This document shows positions 27,936 through 40,154 of a DNA stretch of 64,000 nucleotides, one piece after another. The number at the start of each line of letters is the position of its first letter. The stretch's first letter is position 1. The translations under genes and the position numbers were made by a program. Origin of the DNA: Selaginella moellendorffii (Eukaryota; Plantae; Lycopodiophyta). The stretch lies in contig NW_003314350.1 in assembly GCF_000143415.4 (NCBI RefSeq), positions 558,001 through 622,000 on the forward strand, in the 5' to 3' direction. The notes under the pieces are model-generated. The model saw only the letters and a list, made by a program, of their open reading frames with translations. It did no database searches and was not told where the DNA came from.

Positions 27936-29043
27936 CTATTCCGTCGGAAAATCCGGCTGGAGCCGTGGAACCGACTGCCGCACTTCTTCCAGCTTGTGAA
28001 GCTCCTCCTTGAGCCTCCGGAGTGTTGGATATGGCGTCTGTGTGCAAAACATATAAGATTTTTTTTTGCCTCTTGAGATGGACGAGAAGCTTACCATATC
28101 GACCTTGTAACGCTCCGCGTTGCCGATCTGTGGGATGACAAACACATCAGCCTGGAGTGACAAGAACCAAACGAAGATCCCGTCAGTTACGAAGGACAAG
28201 TGCAAAGATTTTCTAGAATGAAAGAACATACGAGTGTGAGTGTGTCTCCAAAGCAGTATTTTCCCGATGTCTTCTTCACGATCTCCTCGAGAGCTACATG
28301 AAAGTCCAAGACACTTGTGAGTTGCGGGGTGTGAAAGCAGAAAGCTCACCGTTGAAACCAATGACAACCCAGTGTTGCGCCCACTTGAGTCTCTCCTCGT
28401 CGCCAAGTTTCTCCTTGATCATATTCTGCCAAAGAGCAAGGAAGGATTCAGCCTTGCTATGAAAAGCAGGCAAAACTTACCATAACGCGGCCTCCACTCT
28501 GCAGAGGCTGAATATTTGACGCGACGAGATTGACAATCTTGCAAATGTAACAATCAAAACATGAGAAACAAATCGAGCTAAAACCGATAATACTTTTTAC
28601 CTGGCGAATTGTCGCTCGCTGCTTCACGTTTTTAGGCAGGAGTGGCTTCTCTGGGTATTTTTCTTCCAAATACTACGTGATAGCAATTCCACAAGAGATC
28701 ACTTCCAAGAGAAGAAAAAAACAATAGCAAACCTCCACAATTGCTACAGAGTCGATCAAAAGACCATCTTCTTCGGTTTCTAGTGCAGGCACCATACCCA
28801 AGGGATTGATCTTCGAAAACTCTGAGAATCACAAGGGATTTAACCCCGAATGCCACACAAAACAAACTCTACCATCGTCGAGCCGACCATTTGCGAAACC
28901 CACAGCCTGGTACTCGTATGGAATCCCTGATCAAGTAGAAAACTGCGATCACATCCAGAGGGAGAAAGAGAAAAACCTTTCAATGCAAGCGCCAGCCTCA
29001 CTCGCCAACCACAAGAGCTCCCCCAAAACGTGTAGAGCCTCAT
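27936..29043 (-). CDS. GSTZ: Glutathione S-transferase zeta (maleylacetoacetate isomerase)
   Basis: MRLYTFWGSSCGWRVRLALALK|GIPYEY, INPLGMVPAL, DSVAI, YLEEKYPEKPLLP, SNIQPLQ, GKYCFGD, ADVF..PQ, PYPTL...QPDFP. Confidence 0.93.
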
Positions 29044-29301
29044 CTTCCCTCCACAAAACCTAGATTTTAGAACCAATTTAGCCTAGATCCGAGGTATATC
29101 CCCGCCACGTCACTCTCTAACGGAAGATCTACACCTTCCACGTGTCCAAGCCGAGTTTCGTAACGAACAATTTTTGGTATATTCTTGAGCGAGACTTTGT
29201 TTGGCCACATGATTTTTGTTTTCACAATGTTTAAACAATTTGACTCTTGATCCACTCATTCTCAGGCTTTGAGAATGATTCCACAATCTACTGCAATGCT
29301 T

Positions 29302-30159
29302 CTACTTTGAACTGTGCCTCTTGATCCATTCATGGTTGAGGATCTCCTTGATTACGAGCCTGTTAGCCGCTCTCAAATATCCTCCTCGTCTCCTTCCTGC
29401 GAAGCTTGAGAAATGGCGTTCGTGCCGTGAGACAGTGATACAAAACCATTCCCAGACCCCAAACGTCCACCGCTGGAGTGTAACATCCATCGCCTAGCAT
29501 CGCCTCGGGAGCCATGTAAACCCACGTCCCGATGCCCGAAACCCGCTACGGATTCGCAATACAGCACGCCAACCCGAAATCGCACAGCTTGGGCACGAGC
29601 GGATCGCGCTAAAGGGCGTTCTAAGCGAGCATGAAGCCGCAAAGATCATCGCGCCGCTCGCAAAGACCCTGGGACAAGTTCACGAGGAAGGCTTCACCCA
29701 CCGCGACGTGAAGCCGGAGAATGTGTTGCTGGCTGATCGAGAATCAAACGATGACTGCTGTGTGGAGGTTATAGTCGCAGAGCTCAAGAACAAGGTGCCG
29801 GACTTGCTTGCGATCGGGCAAGCGATCGGGTAAGCTCTCTTCGAGGCGGATGATTCCAGCGTTGGAATACCCCAGGGTCGCCAACGTTCGATCCTCCCGA
29901 TCGAAATATCCATCGCCACTGTTGTCAAGGATCATCTTCACGGCAAAAGCTTGTCCATCTTTCCTGCGCAGAACTTTGAACACGCTGGCCTGGCCTCCGA
30001 TCCGAATCCGATTATCTTCTCCACCTGGTATTTTTCCGCCAGAGCTGGGTATTCGTTGCGAAGCTTGTCGACGCCCAGCCACGAGTGTAGCTTCTGGGGT
30101 TTCTTGGGTGGGCATAGGTATTCCTCCACCGCCGGGCGCTTGAGAGTGATCGCATCCAT
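29302..30159 (-). pseudogene. CAMK-group kinase pseudogene, copy 2, with an internal inversion
   Basis: Retains the ATG ([20 protein letters not shown]) and DFGLA/APE. Carries a 5-nt insertion, a TAG stop, a 3' deletion, and segment ~29597-29764 inverted. Confidence 0.85.
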
Positions 30160-30292
30160 CTCTTCGATCGATAGATAGGAAAAAAAAAGAAAACGAAGAA
30201 TATACCTGGAATGTACTGATTCTGAATAAAAATAATGTACTGTACTAATCGCGGTTAGACCCCCTTTCAATCGCGGCCATCAAGAAGAAGGC

Positions 30293-30920
30293 GCCTTGAT
30301 CAGATATTATTTGGTAAGAACGGTTTGTCTCCCACTCGCAACACCAGGGACGAGTTGAAAGCGTGTTGGCCAGTCTCCAGGCCTTGCTCATCTTCTCGAA
30401 GGATCCCAAAAGCAGATCATCCGTCGAGACATCAGAGCAAGCAATATCCTTCTCGATCATAACATCCAAAAATCGAATCTCCAAACTCTTCAACCAAGAG
30501 AGGGATTTACGAGCACTGTGGCTGCCAGAACATTGTAAAGCCAGTTTCTTCTCCTTATATTTCGATCTCTTTGCAGGGGATATCTCGCTCCAAAGTATGT
30601 GCTCGCTGACTGTCAAAGTATCGCTTTTGGAATCCTGGAGATTGCCACCGGACAAAGATGCAGGGACCGAAAAGATGGCCCTCCACTGCACAATCCGTGC
30701 AAGGGAAAGTCGAATCTGACTGCACCACCGCTTTCGGGTCTGCCCCTGTCGCTACAGAGATCGCTGAAACTAAAAGACAACTCTAAGAAATCTTGCGAGT
30801 TATCCCAAGAGATCATCCATACTGTCCGGCTACAAGCAAGTCACAATTCGCTCCCAGATCCGAGATTTTATCTCAGCAGCAACCATACATATAGTTCTCG
30901 CTTGTTGAAAACGTTCGAGC
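30293..30920 (+). pseudogene. Highly degraded third copy of the CRK kinase-domain exons
   Basis: Patchy matches to 22515-23350 (gaaggatcccaaaagcagatcatcc, aatctccaaactcttcaaccaagag, tatctcagcagcaac) with many indels. Confidence 0.8.
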
Positions 30921-31138
30921 GGGCTACGGAATCATTTAAATGATATGGTCAACTAAATCATCTAAAAACTCTTGCCACCTTACATTTCATATGAATAAGG
31001 GTATTTGTTGCGAAACTAGTCCAGCACCAAGTGTAGCTGCAAGTCTCTCTTGGAAAAAAAAACAATGTATGTATATCATCGCAGCCGTTCGTTAAGCCCT
31101 ATATAATCACGGCCACTTATAACTCGTTCTAGAAGATC

Positions 31139-32584
31139 TCATGTAGTTTTGGCGTCCAGGCACTCGTAGAAGAGGATGTAACCATGATCCGTGTTGTTGG
31201 AGTACTCCTGCGTGGATCCAAAGAAAGTTTGCACGTACGTCTCGTCGATGATCTCTACGTTCTCGTCGTCGAAAAACAGCCAGTGGCTGTGGCTCTTGAC
31301 GAGGCTGACATAGTGGCCGTGATTCGGACCGCTGCCGACGTGAACCACCACCGCAAACAGCGAGTACTCGGACTCGGAGCCTGGAGCATCGTCGGTGGTG
31401 TTGCAAAGCTTGAGCTCCAGCGGAAAGACCACTCTGTACGAGAGTTTCTTGTATCGGCCCAGTTGCTCTATGTACTTGAAGCGTTTGAGGTGCAGGGCGA
31501 GGATCCGAGGCGGTGTTTTGATCTTCATCCTCTTTTGAGCCTCCTGCAAGCTGGGAGGTGGTCAGAAACGAAGAGAAGCGAAGAAACGGTGATGGATGAA
31601 ATTGAGTTTTACCTGCAGCATTTGTCGCAGAAGAACTTGTCCTCGGCGTTCAGCGTCTCGGTGGAGCTGAAGTTGCGAAGGCAGCTGGTGATGGAGCTGT
31701 TTTGCTCGATGTCTAAGCTCAAGTCGAGAAACTTCTCGTCCCGCGCTGTGATCGTCTCGCACCGTAAGCACCTCGTCTCGTTTGTGAGGAATCCCTGAGG
31801 ATTCAAAGCAAAGAGCTCGTTTATTTCCTACTGGATGGAAACAGGAGAAGAAGAGAACCGGACCTGGAAGATTTTGTGAACCCAAGTGAGCGGATGATCT
31901 TGGTCTGCTGCTGTTCCATTGGCCACACCGTTTTCTTTTTTCTCGGCAGGTTTCAGATTTCCCGAGGCTGTCCGTCCCGACTTGGCCTCCTTCTCCAAAG
32001 TCTCAACTAATTCATTCAGCAAAAAGTTTAGAAACTCGTGTGCGTCCTGCCAGTGTAGTGTTGGACTTCTTTTACCAGAGGAAAAAAAAAGAGAACACAA
32101 AGGAAAACCAAAGATCACGAACTCGCTCTTTTCTCGTACGTACCTGGTGCATGTAGCTCCGGAAGAGCTCGTTTTGTTTCTTCACTCGCTGCACGAATCG
32201 CTTTGGAGCTATAACACCCGTTTTCTTCTTCTGGGAGTTTATCTGCAAAAGAAGAAAAAAGAATGGAATGATCACGAAAATGCCCCAGAGAATTCTTACC
32301 TGCGAGAAGAGGTCTGCAAGGCAAGTGAGCAAATTCTCTTCCGGCTCTCCGCTGGATTTCGTCCGGCTGTAGTACTCTAGCAGCTGATCCCGGAATGGGA
32401 CACAAAAGTACAGTGCCTAGACGCGAGGAATTCAGACAAGTGCCTATAGAAGACGCTAGAATCAAACCTGGAGAACGCTGTTGCAATAGCAAGTGTTGCC
32501 AAAGTTTTCCAGCCCAAAATACCTCTCCCCCTCTGGGAATTGGTCCCCCAGCGCCTTCTCCAGCTTGGAGCCCGTTGCTCCCAT
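31139..32584 (-). CDS. UBP3/UBP4: Ubiquitin-specific protease UBP3/UBP4 (USP12/46 family)
   Basis: [39 protein letters not shown] (Cys box), [32 protein letters not shown] (His box). Confidence 0.97.
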
Positions 32585-32966
32585 CGAGAAAGTGCCTAGC
32601 CCTAATTTCTAAAATGCGTAGTTCAAAGGGGAAAAAGAGGATAAAAGTAGATTTGCTATTGAATATTCGCAGAATATTAGCTAGGGTTCTTATAATCACA
32701 ATTTAGGGTTCTTAGGATAAGATTGTAGATCGAATTGATGGGGCCTCCTCAATGTTCTAAAGCAATATAGGGAAGAAAAATATATCTTAGTGAAACATCA
32801 GATTTTCATTACAGAGATTCTTGAGGGCCTTGGAAAGACCTAAGTTCATGCAATGAAAATTTGAAGTTTCACTTAGGATTTTAGAAATCATTTTAGAAAT
32901 TTAGGGCTGGGCGCTTTAGAAATTTTTTCTTTTGTAAAGAATTGGCATGGACAACAAATCGGCTCG

Positions 32967-34889
32967 TCACCTCACGTCTTGAATGCACGCCCCCCTGTGG
33001 CTAATTGGAATGTCACATTTGCTGCCGCTGCTAGAATTTGGGATGTAAACTCCTGTCCCGGGCCTGCTCGCTTGCTGCCAGGAGGACGATTGAGCGGAGG
33101 AGCTTTGCGTTGCCGACGAAACTGTGGATGGTGGCTGCTTCGATCCTCCAGAAGCGCTGGAGCTGGACTGCTGCTGAGCATGCTTGGCTGACAACACCGG
33201 CTTTGAGGCCATGGGAGGAGCCGTCGCCTCTTGGCATTGCTGTTCTAGGCCGAGGAACACGAGGATGCGCTTGAATCGGTCACTAGCAACGGCGTATGCA
33301 ATCTCATTGTCCGCAGCAGCGTTCTGTTCGAATTTAAGCACGGATCTAGAGATGAGAACAAGCAAAGTCAGCCGCTTGGGAGTATAGTTTGATTTGGTCA
33401 TGCATACCCGGCTTCAAGTGTCACTTGGCCGATGGCCTTGCCGCTTACTACGAAAGGGTCCCCCAACAAGGAGACAAGGCACAGCGGCTGCACGGCCGTG
33501 TCCTTTTCTTCAATGGATAGAGATTTTCCCTGATGATGCAAGCGTGGAAAATTTTAGAAAAGAAAAACAAATGGGATCAGACCTCGTCAATAGCATGGAA
33601 CATGAAAAAGTTTGGCCGCACTTCGCCGGGAAAAATTCCACGTCCTTGACCAGAGAGGTAGTCCATCATGGAGTGCACCAATTCTGGTATAGACCGCGGG
33701 GTTTTCTCTGCAAGAAAAAGCAACAATCAGATTCAATCTGGACTTTGCTTGTTGTGCTTACTGTTCGTCGCCGTCTCTTGGGAGGTTTTTAACTTCCCAC
33801 GTATGCAGGTGTGATCGCCTTAGTGGAACATACACGACACGACATTAGTAAATAGACGAAATCGAGAAGTGCCTGGCGATGCCAGTGTACAAAAGTAACA
33901 AAACAAAACGAGAGCACATACCTGTAGTTGTCCTGCCCAAGATTTCAGTTGCCAAGTGCTCCATTTGAGCTCTTTTAACTTCACCGAACACGTGATTGCA
34001 CACCTGGCCCCCAGAATTATGTGTTAGTGAACGAGCCCATTTCGTCACCAAGACATTTCATAACTGTACCTTCTGGCTACTCTCAACAACTGCAGCTTGT
34101 TTGTCGGCCTGTGCTTCTTTAACGCGTGATGACTCTGGAAAAGAAAAATTCAACACCACAGCACATTCAACACCGACACAAATCAAACACTTTCTGCCAA
34201 ATACCAACTTGATCACACTTACCACCTTGGAGGCTCTCGTTGACATTGCTGCTAGGCGGGTCCTCATCACGCTGTTGCGAGTCGGGAGAAACACTCGCAG
34301 ATGAAATGCCGGCCACAGTCTCCTTGCTCTCTTCAGCGTCTACTTCTGTAGGGTCCGGCTCCTTCTTCCCGATTGGATCACTTGGAGGTGGCGGTGGCGG
34401 TGGCGGTGGGACGTTAACTCTTCCCTTCGGAAGTGGTCGTCTCGAGCCGGAAAAGTCTCTACGTGGGTGACCACCACTGTTGTTGATCTGCGCGTAAGGC
34501 TTTTGCTGCATCGCGGGCACCTTTGCATTGCCATTGAGAGGCATTTGCTGCTGCTGCTGCTGCTTTCGCGTCAGTACTTGCTGGAGAGAAAAGAGCACCT
34601 CCGCCACCGAGAAGTACTGCTGCATATGAAGAACGCCGTTCCAGCTAAAGCGGCGCTGCTGGATGGATCCAAGAACAAAGTCGTATTCGCCGGGCGCTCC
34701 AATCAGGTGCAAATGCTGGCACAGGGAATCGATGATGGCGTTGGCCGCCGCAAATTCCCCTCGCAGCCATCCAATAAACGCGTCCCGCTGATCGGGAACC
34801 CAGTGCCTCTGGTGGTGAGGAACGCTGCTCTTGTCGATCGTGCCGGGAGGGAACTCCCCGAGCTTCGGTGGCGGTACGGCCATGGACAC
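32967..34889 (-). CDS. ALKBH10-clade AlkB-fold protein
   Basis: DQRDAFIGWLRGEFAAANAIIDSLCQHL...EYD.V...IQQRR..W..VLHMQQYFSVAEV is the plant ALKBH10-type N-terminal domain; later exons give PLCLVSLL...G|SVLKF...RILVFL. Confidence 0.8.
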
Positions 34890-35643
34890 GCCAAACTGCT
34901 TGCGCTCGCTCTAGTCACAGAAAGGGAACCTCTCACACTCGAAAAGCCTGCGAGCAACAAACTCCACAGCGTCAGCTCACGATTCCCACATACATTGCAT
35001 GAAATTCTCGTCGCTCCAAGCCACAAATGCGCACGCTGCCACGCTGCCGTGGCTCGATCGTCACAGATTGTGGCGATCCACACCAAAACCTCGCGTATTT
35101 CGATGCGGCGCATGCAAATGCGGCGCCGGGGGGGGCCGAAATATCGCGAATCGGAGAGACCTAGCTAGGATCTAGACGCGAAATCCCTCGCAAGCACAGA
35201 AACTCGAGCAAGAAAGATCGAGGAGGCCTTACATTGAGCGATGGCGCATCCGCGACTCCAGCCATAGACGACCTATGCGTGCTCCAGCTCCAGAGCGCCA
35301 GCGCCAGCGCCTTCGCTCTTCAAACGGGAAGACAAAATAAAAAAAATTAGGAGTGAGAGTAGCTAGCGAGCAAAGCTCTGTCAAGCTCTGTCACGTTACA
35401 CGCCCGTCCGTCTCTGTAACGGAGATTGTCCTGTCAAGTGCCAGAATATCCATGTTAGTCCTGTCACGCACCGGAATATCCCATGTTAAGAATGTTGGGT
35501 ACCATGTGCCACCAAATAACCATCCACGACGCCACAAAATTGGTCCAAATACATTTGCGCGTCTTTGGCACTAATGAATCATATTTAATTTACAGCGACA
35601 CCCGTACGGCCCGTGATCTTTTTTCCTTGCCCGCGTGATCAGC

Positions 35644-36332
35644 TCAGCCCGTCCGTACAGTGTCGATGGTTCGAACGAGATCATCGAATTTGGCACCGGC
35701 GATCTCTGCCACGATCTTTTTGTGCTTGAGTATCTTGAACGTGGGCACAACTCGTATGCCGAGCTCTTTGGCAAGGGGCTAGAGAAAAAAAAGAAAAAGA
35801 AAAAAAGGAAAAAATAAAAAAAAGAAAAAAAGAGTTAAAATTCCATTCCGCAGACAAAGAAATGATAAAACTTGCCTTATTCTCTTGGTTGCAATCCAGC
35901 TTGAGAAACATCACGTCCGAGTATCTGGAAGAGAGCTCCACGATCTTTGGAAACATCATTTTGCAAGGGCCACACCTAAAGAGCGAAGAAAAAAAGCGTT
36001 TTTCTGTGTCAAGCTTCCGGAAAAAAAGGGAGAGAAGTTTACCATTGGGTGTACATGTCGAGCACCACGACCTTGTCTCCAGCTCCATCAACGAGCGGCC
36101 AGAAGCTATCCTTGTCCACCTCTGTAACACCACTCGAGGAAGATTGGCCGCTCGTCACAACAGTGGTAGAGCCGGATCCCTGTTGCATTGCTGCCACCAG
36201 AGTTTTTAGCCCGAGAGATCTGGACGAGCAGCTCGATCTCGGTACTCCCAGCGAAGATTTTGGAGCCCCCAAACTTGTAGCAGCAGCTGTGGCTATCGCT
36301 CCAGTTCCTGGAGTTGAAGCGAGAAGAGCCAT
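35644..36332 (-). CDS. TRXF: Thioredoxin f, chloroplastic, 3 exons
   Basis: VTEVDKDSFWPLV..AGDKVVVLDMYTQW|CGPCK...FLKLDCNQENK|PLAKELGIRVVPTFKI; transit peptide present; second intron has a GC donor. Confidence 0.95.
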
Positions 36333-37258
36333 AGCTGCAATCCAACACCACTCAACTCAGCACATCTTTCTTCCTTCTTTCCACTTGGGTTTAGATTTGG
36401 ATCACCTGGCTCCAAAGATCTTCATCACCTGAGGGCCTCGCAGCATATTCACTTTGCTCTTCGAGATTCGCGAGAGAACAAGTGGCCCGCGTTGCCGGAT
36501 CGTATTCCGACGTGGAAGATCACCCTCCACACACGCAAATCTGTGACTTTTGTGCCTTGATCAATCTATATGAGAGTTTCGTTTCCTCAGAACTCCTTTA
36601 ACTTTGAGCTCAAGCACGTAAGTACCTGAAAGAGTTCTTCCAAAGTTCCGTGCCAGTGAACTCTAGCTGTCCGCTTGTTTTCTCTTTGTTTTCTTGCTTC
36701 GAGCTTCTTCGAAACAAATTCCTGGATCGCGGATCAAGTCACACAAACCGTGAACTTTGGAGAGAAAAATGCGCAAGTATACCGACAATAAGTAGCTTAG
36801 CAGTTCATTGTACAGGTACTGTGAGTGTACAGGTACTCAAGTGTGTGTACACCAACCAGACTCTCAGGAGCGGAGTAAACTTAAGGTTCCTAGACAGGGG
36901 TACTTAAATATTTGAGTGTAATCCGCCCCCACTGTGAAAGCGTGTGCAAACTCTGTAAGATGACTGATTGCAAAACAGGAAGGAAGACAAACGAGGAAAG
37001 CGAAAGCGAAAGCGAAATCGAAAGGAAAAAAGAGATGAAAAACCAACGTCGATGCGATGAGGATGCAGCAGAAGAACTAGATGAAATGGAGGAGACTTAC
37101 TTCACCACGAGACCACCAAGTTAAAGCATAGTAAAGTACTTGCCATGAACTAAAAACAGTCCAAGCTGAGAAGTGGTACATCACGGAGCTCTGGTCGATC
37201 GATCATCTGTGTGTGTGTGGTGAAGTGTGTGCTCTCTCCCTGTGCCTGTACTTATTCT

Positions 37259-38187
37259 TTAAAAGCGAGTGGGTGTTTTGGCCTTCTCAACGAGCACGAT
37301 CCGTCCATTCCACTCTGTCTGATCCAAAGCCTCGATAGCAGCATCTGCATCCTCGTCGCGTTCTAGAGTCAAGAACCCAAAACCCCGAGACTCCCCCGTC
37401 CTGGGAAAAAGTGATTCGAGTCAGATAAAACACATTTTTTACCACATAAAAAAAAGAAAAGAAACCAACCTCTTGTCTCGCACTATGCGAACGTCCTTGA
37501 CTTTGCCGAACTTTGAGAACTTCCTCTCCAGATCCTTCTCCGTGGTGATGAAGTTGAAACCAGCGATGAACAAGTTGTTTCCTGGTTCTCCCAGGCCATT
37601 GGTTCGATCCGCCGGAGGAGTCCATGGTCGGCGCCGCGGCGATCGTCTCGATCGGTAGCGCGGAGGAGAGCTCCTCCTCCTCGAGTAACGTTCCCTGTGA
37701 TCACAACCAAACAAACCATAAGTTCCATATTCTCTATTGCTATGATTTACCTTGGAGAGTAGCCCCGTCGTGGAGATCTCCGGCTGTAAGGACTCCTGGA
37801 GCGCGATCGATAGCGTCCCCTGTGCGCCGGGGAGCGAGATCGCGACACCGAGCGGCGCCTTTTCGGGGAATACGAGCGCCTCCGCCTGGGGGAATACGAA
37901 GGCGATCTTCTCGCCGGAGACCTGGAAGAGCGCTTCCTGACTGGAGATCTGGAAGGAGAGCGCGATTTCCCCCGCACGGGCGACCTAGATCTGCTCCTGG
38001 AGCGCGACGCCGGCGACCGGGACCTGGAACGATCCCGATCTCTCACAGGAGATTTCGAATAACTGCGGCGAGGCGAGCGCGATAACGATCGACTGCGGTG
38101 CTTGGCGGCGGCGTGGCCATTGGAAGACGCTGGCTCCGGGGCGGCTCCCTCGCGAGGAGATGGGGAAGAGGACGGCGCCATAGCCAA
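37259..38187 (-). CDS. SR45a/Tra2-like splicing factor (N-terminal RS domain plus C-terminal RRM)
   Basis: RS/RSP-rich exon; PGNNLFIAGF (RNP2), RGFGFL (RNP1); ends VEKAKTPTRF. Confidence 0.85.
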
Positions 38188-38290
38188 AGCTAGGGTTTAT
38201 CTTTACCCTAAAGCTCTAGAGTTCCATCGCTTTTACGTGGGGGTTTATTGACGGTCGTGACGTGGCAAGGGTTCTCTTCTTTCATATGGC

Positions 38291-39351
38291 ATGGGCTTTT
38301 TCTTCCAGCGCCATTGCTGCTCCTGCGCGTGGCTGTCGAGCTACGATCGAGTGCAATGCATCGCCGTCGCGCTGATCTACATCCAGGTTTGGCTCTCTCC
38401 TCGATCTTCTTCGCCTGGCATCGCAGGTTCTTGCTCAATCGATCGATCTCCTCTCTCTTCTCTTTCTTTGCCCTCGCATTCGCATAGCCGACCGCGTTCT
38501 TGCCCTCCTCCGATGTTTTCCCATTGATCGATCATAGCTGTCGGTGCATCGTGTTCTTGGTCGATATTTCGCGAAATCCCTCTCGATCGAGCATGGAAAT
38601 ATCTTCTCTCCTTCACAGATCCTCCGTTTTCGCAGATTCTTTGCGCTGTTATCGGCTCGTTGGGAGCCACATACGCTGGAGTCGCGGTCGCGAATTTGGC
38701 AGTAGCACTCTTCGCGTTGGTAGCAGTGGAGAGTGGCAGCCAAAACCTGGGACGAACCTATGCCGGTTTGCTCGCCTGCGCTCTTCTTCTAGACGTTGCT
38801 TGGCTCGTCCTCTTCACTCGTGATATATGGTAAGAACTTCTTTCTCTTTCATCTTCTAGAGTTGATATATCGTTTAAACCTCTTGCCAGGCACATCGCCA
38901 AGGATCCAGACGCTGGATCATACGTGAAGTTCTCAGTGATGGCCGTCCTGTCGATGGAAATCGCGGGGTTCGTGGTGCGCTTCTTCTCGGCTTTCCTTTG
39001 GGTGCAAATGTACAGGCTCGGCGCGTCCAGGGACTTGACAGGGCTCTACCAGCACATTGATTTCGGAGGGATCGGAACTGTGGGTTTCACGACACCGCTC
39101 GCCAGCCCCGCGCCATCTCGCCAAGTTTCTGGGAAAGAAGACATTGTTGGTGGCTCCATCTACAACCCCGCGTACTATTCTTCGCTCTTCCAGCCCGCTG
39201 GAACACTGGCAGAAGCAAACGTCGAGGTAAAAATCCTCTTTTTCTCTCGAATTCTGGTGGTTTGATCGCTGGTGTTTGCTAGATCGTGGAGGAGAAAACC
39301 AATGGAGACATGGCTACCGCGCTAGCTTCTTGTCCAAGTGAACGATTGTAA
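38291..39351 (+). CDS. Conserved plant multi-pass membrane protein of unknown function
   Basis: IAVALIYIQ|ILCAVIGSLGATYAGVAVANLAVALFALVAVESGSQNLGRTYAGLL...LDVAW...FVVRFFSAFLWVQMYRLG...GGSIYNPAYYSSLF; an alternative last exon is possible at 39424-39459. Confidence 0.8.
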
Positions 39352-39573
39352 AGATGGTGGTCTTCTTCGAGGTAGCTTATAGATTCGTTTGATTTTCATG
39401 GTTTGATCGTTGGTGATTGCTAGATCGTGGAGGAGAAATCAAAAGGAGACACGGCTTAGCGCGCTAGCAAGTGAGCGATTGTAAAGATGGTGGTCTTCGA
39501 GGTATCTTATAAGTTTGTTTATTCGCACACCACACGATGATAATAGGGAGGGGCACAAGTCAGTAGTGATCGA

Positions 39574-40050
39574 TCACTCAAGGCTGGAGAGTTTGCGCTT
39601 GAGCAAAGGTCCCGGATTGCTGGAAGACCCTCGCAAGAAGCAGTCGATCGAGTAGAGCGAGAGGGAGAGATTGACCTCGTCTCTCCCCCACGTCGATCGG
39701 GGCTGGGACTGGCAGCAATTCCTCTTGAGCATAGGGCCCAAATGGAGGAAGAAGAAGCGACGGAAGCCCCCGAGCGATTCCACCACGGCTCTGATCTGCT
39801 GTGCGGAAGAACACGCCGGCACGGGGCCGGATCCCAGTGGGTTCTTGTGGCCACTGGATCGCCGGCTGCGCTTGGCGGCGGCGCCGGGCCAGTGGAGGAT
39901 GCACAGCGATTCCCACAGCTTCTCGTGCCGCGCCACGCCGCTCCATTGCTTGCTCACGCACGAAACCCTAGCCAAGGAGAAGGCATCCAGATGCTTGAAT
40001 ACCTCGAGGAGCATGTCGTCGTGGATGGGATTGTGTCGCGGGGTCCCCAT
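39574..40050 (-). CDS. GID2: Gibberellin-signalling F-box protein GID2/SLY1/SNE family
   Basis: F-box DDMLLEVFKHLD...VSKQW...LWE..C, GGF motif (LGGFRR), and LSL motif (WGRDEVNLSLSLYSID); intronless. Confidence 0.9.
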   Translation of the reverse strand: MGTPRHNPIHDDMLLEVFKHLDAFSLARVSCVSKQWSGVARHEKLWESLCILHWPGAAAKRSRRSSGHKNPLGSGPVPACSSAQQIRAVVESLGGFRRFFFLHLGPMLKRNCCQSQPRSTWGRDEVNLSLSLYSIDCFLRGSSSNPGPLLKRKLSSLE

Positions 40051-40154
40051 TCCCGGGCGATGGACGATCCGGCAAGGTCTCTCTCTTTCTTTCCCCCTTA
40101 TCGCGAAATTTAGGGTTCTTGGGCGGATTTTAGGGCTGCTTTGTTTTTGGCGCC

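Noticed and set aside
33408-33529. Suspected frameshift in the ALKBH10-like exon
   Set aside because: On recount the exon is 122 nt and joins in frame on both sides.
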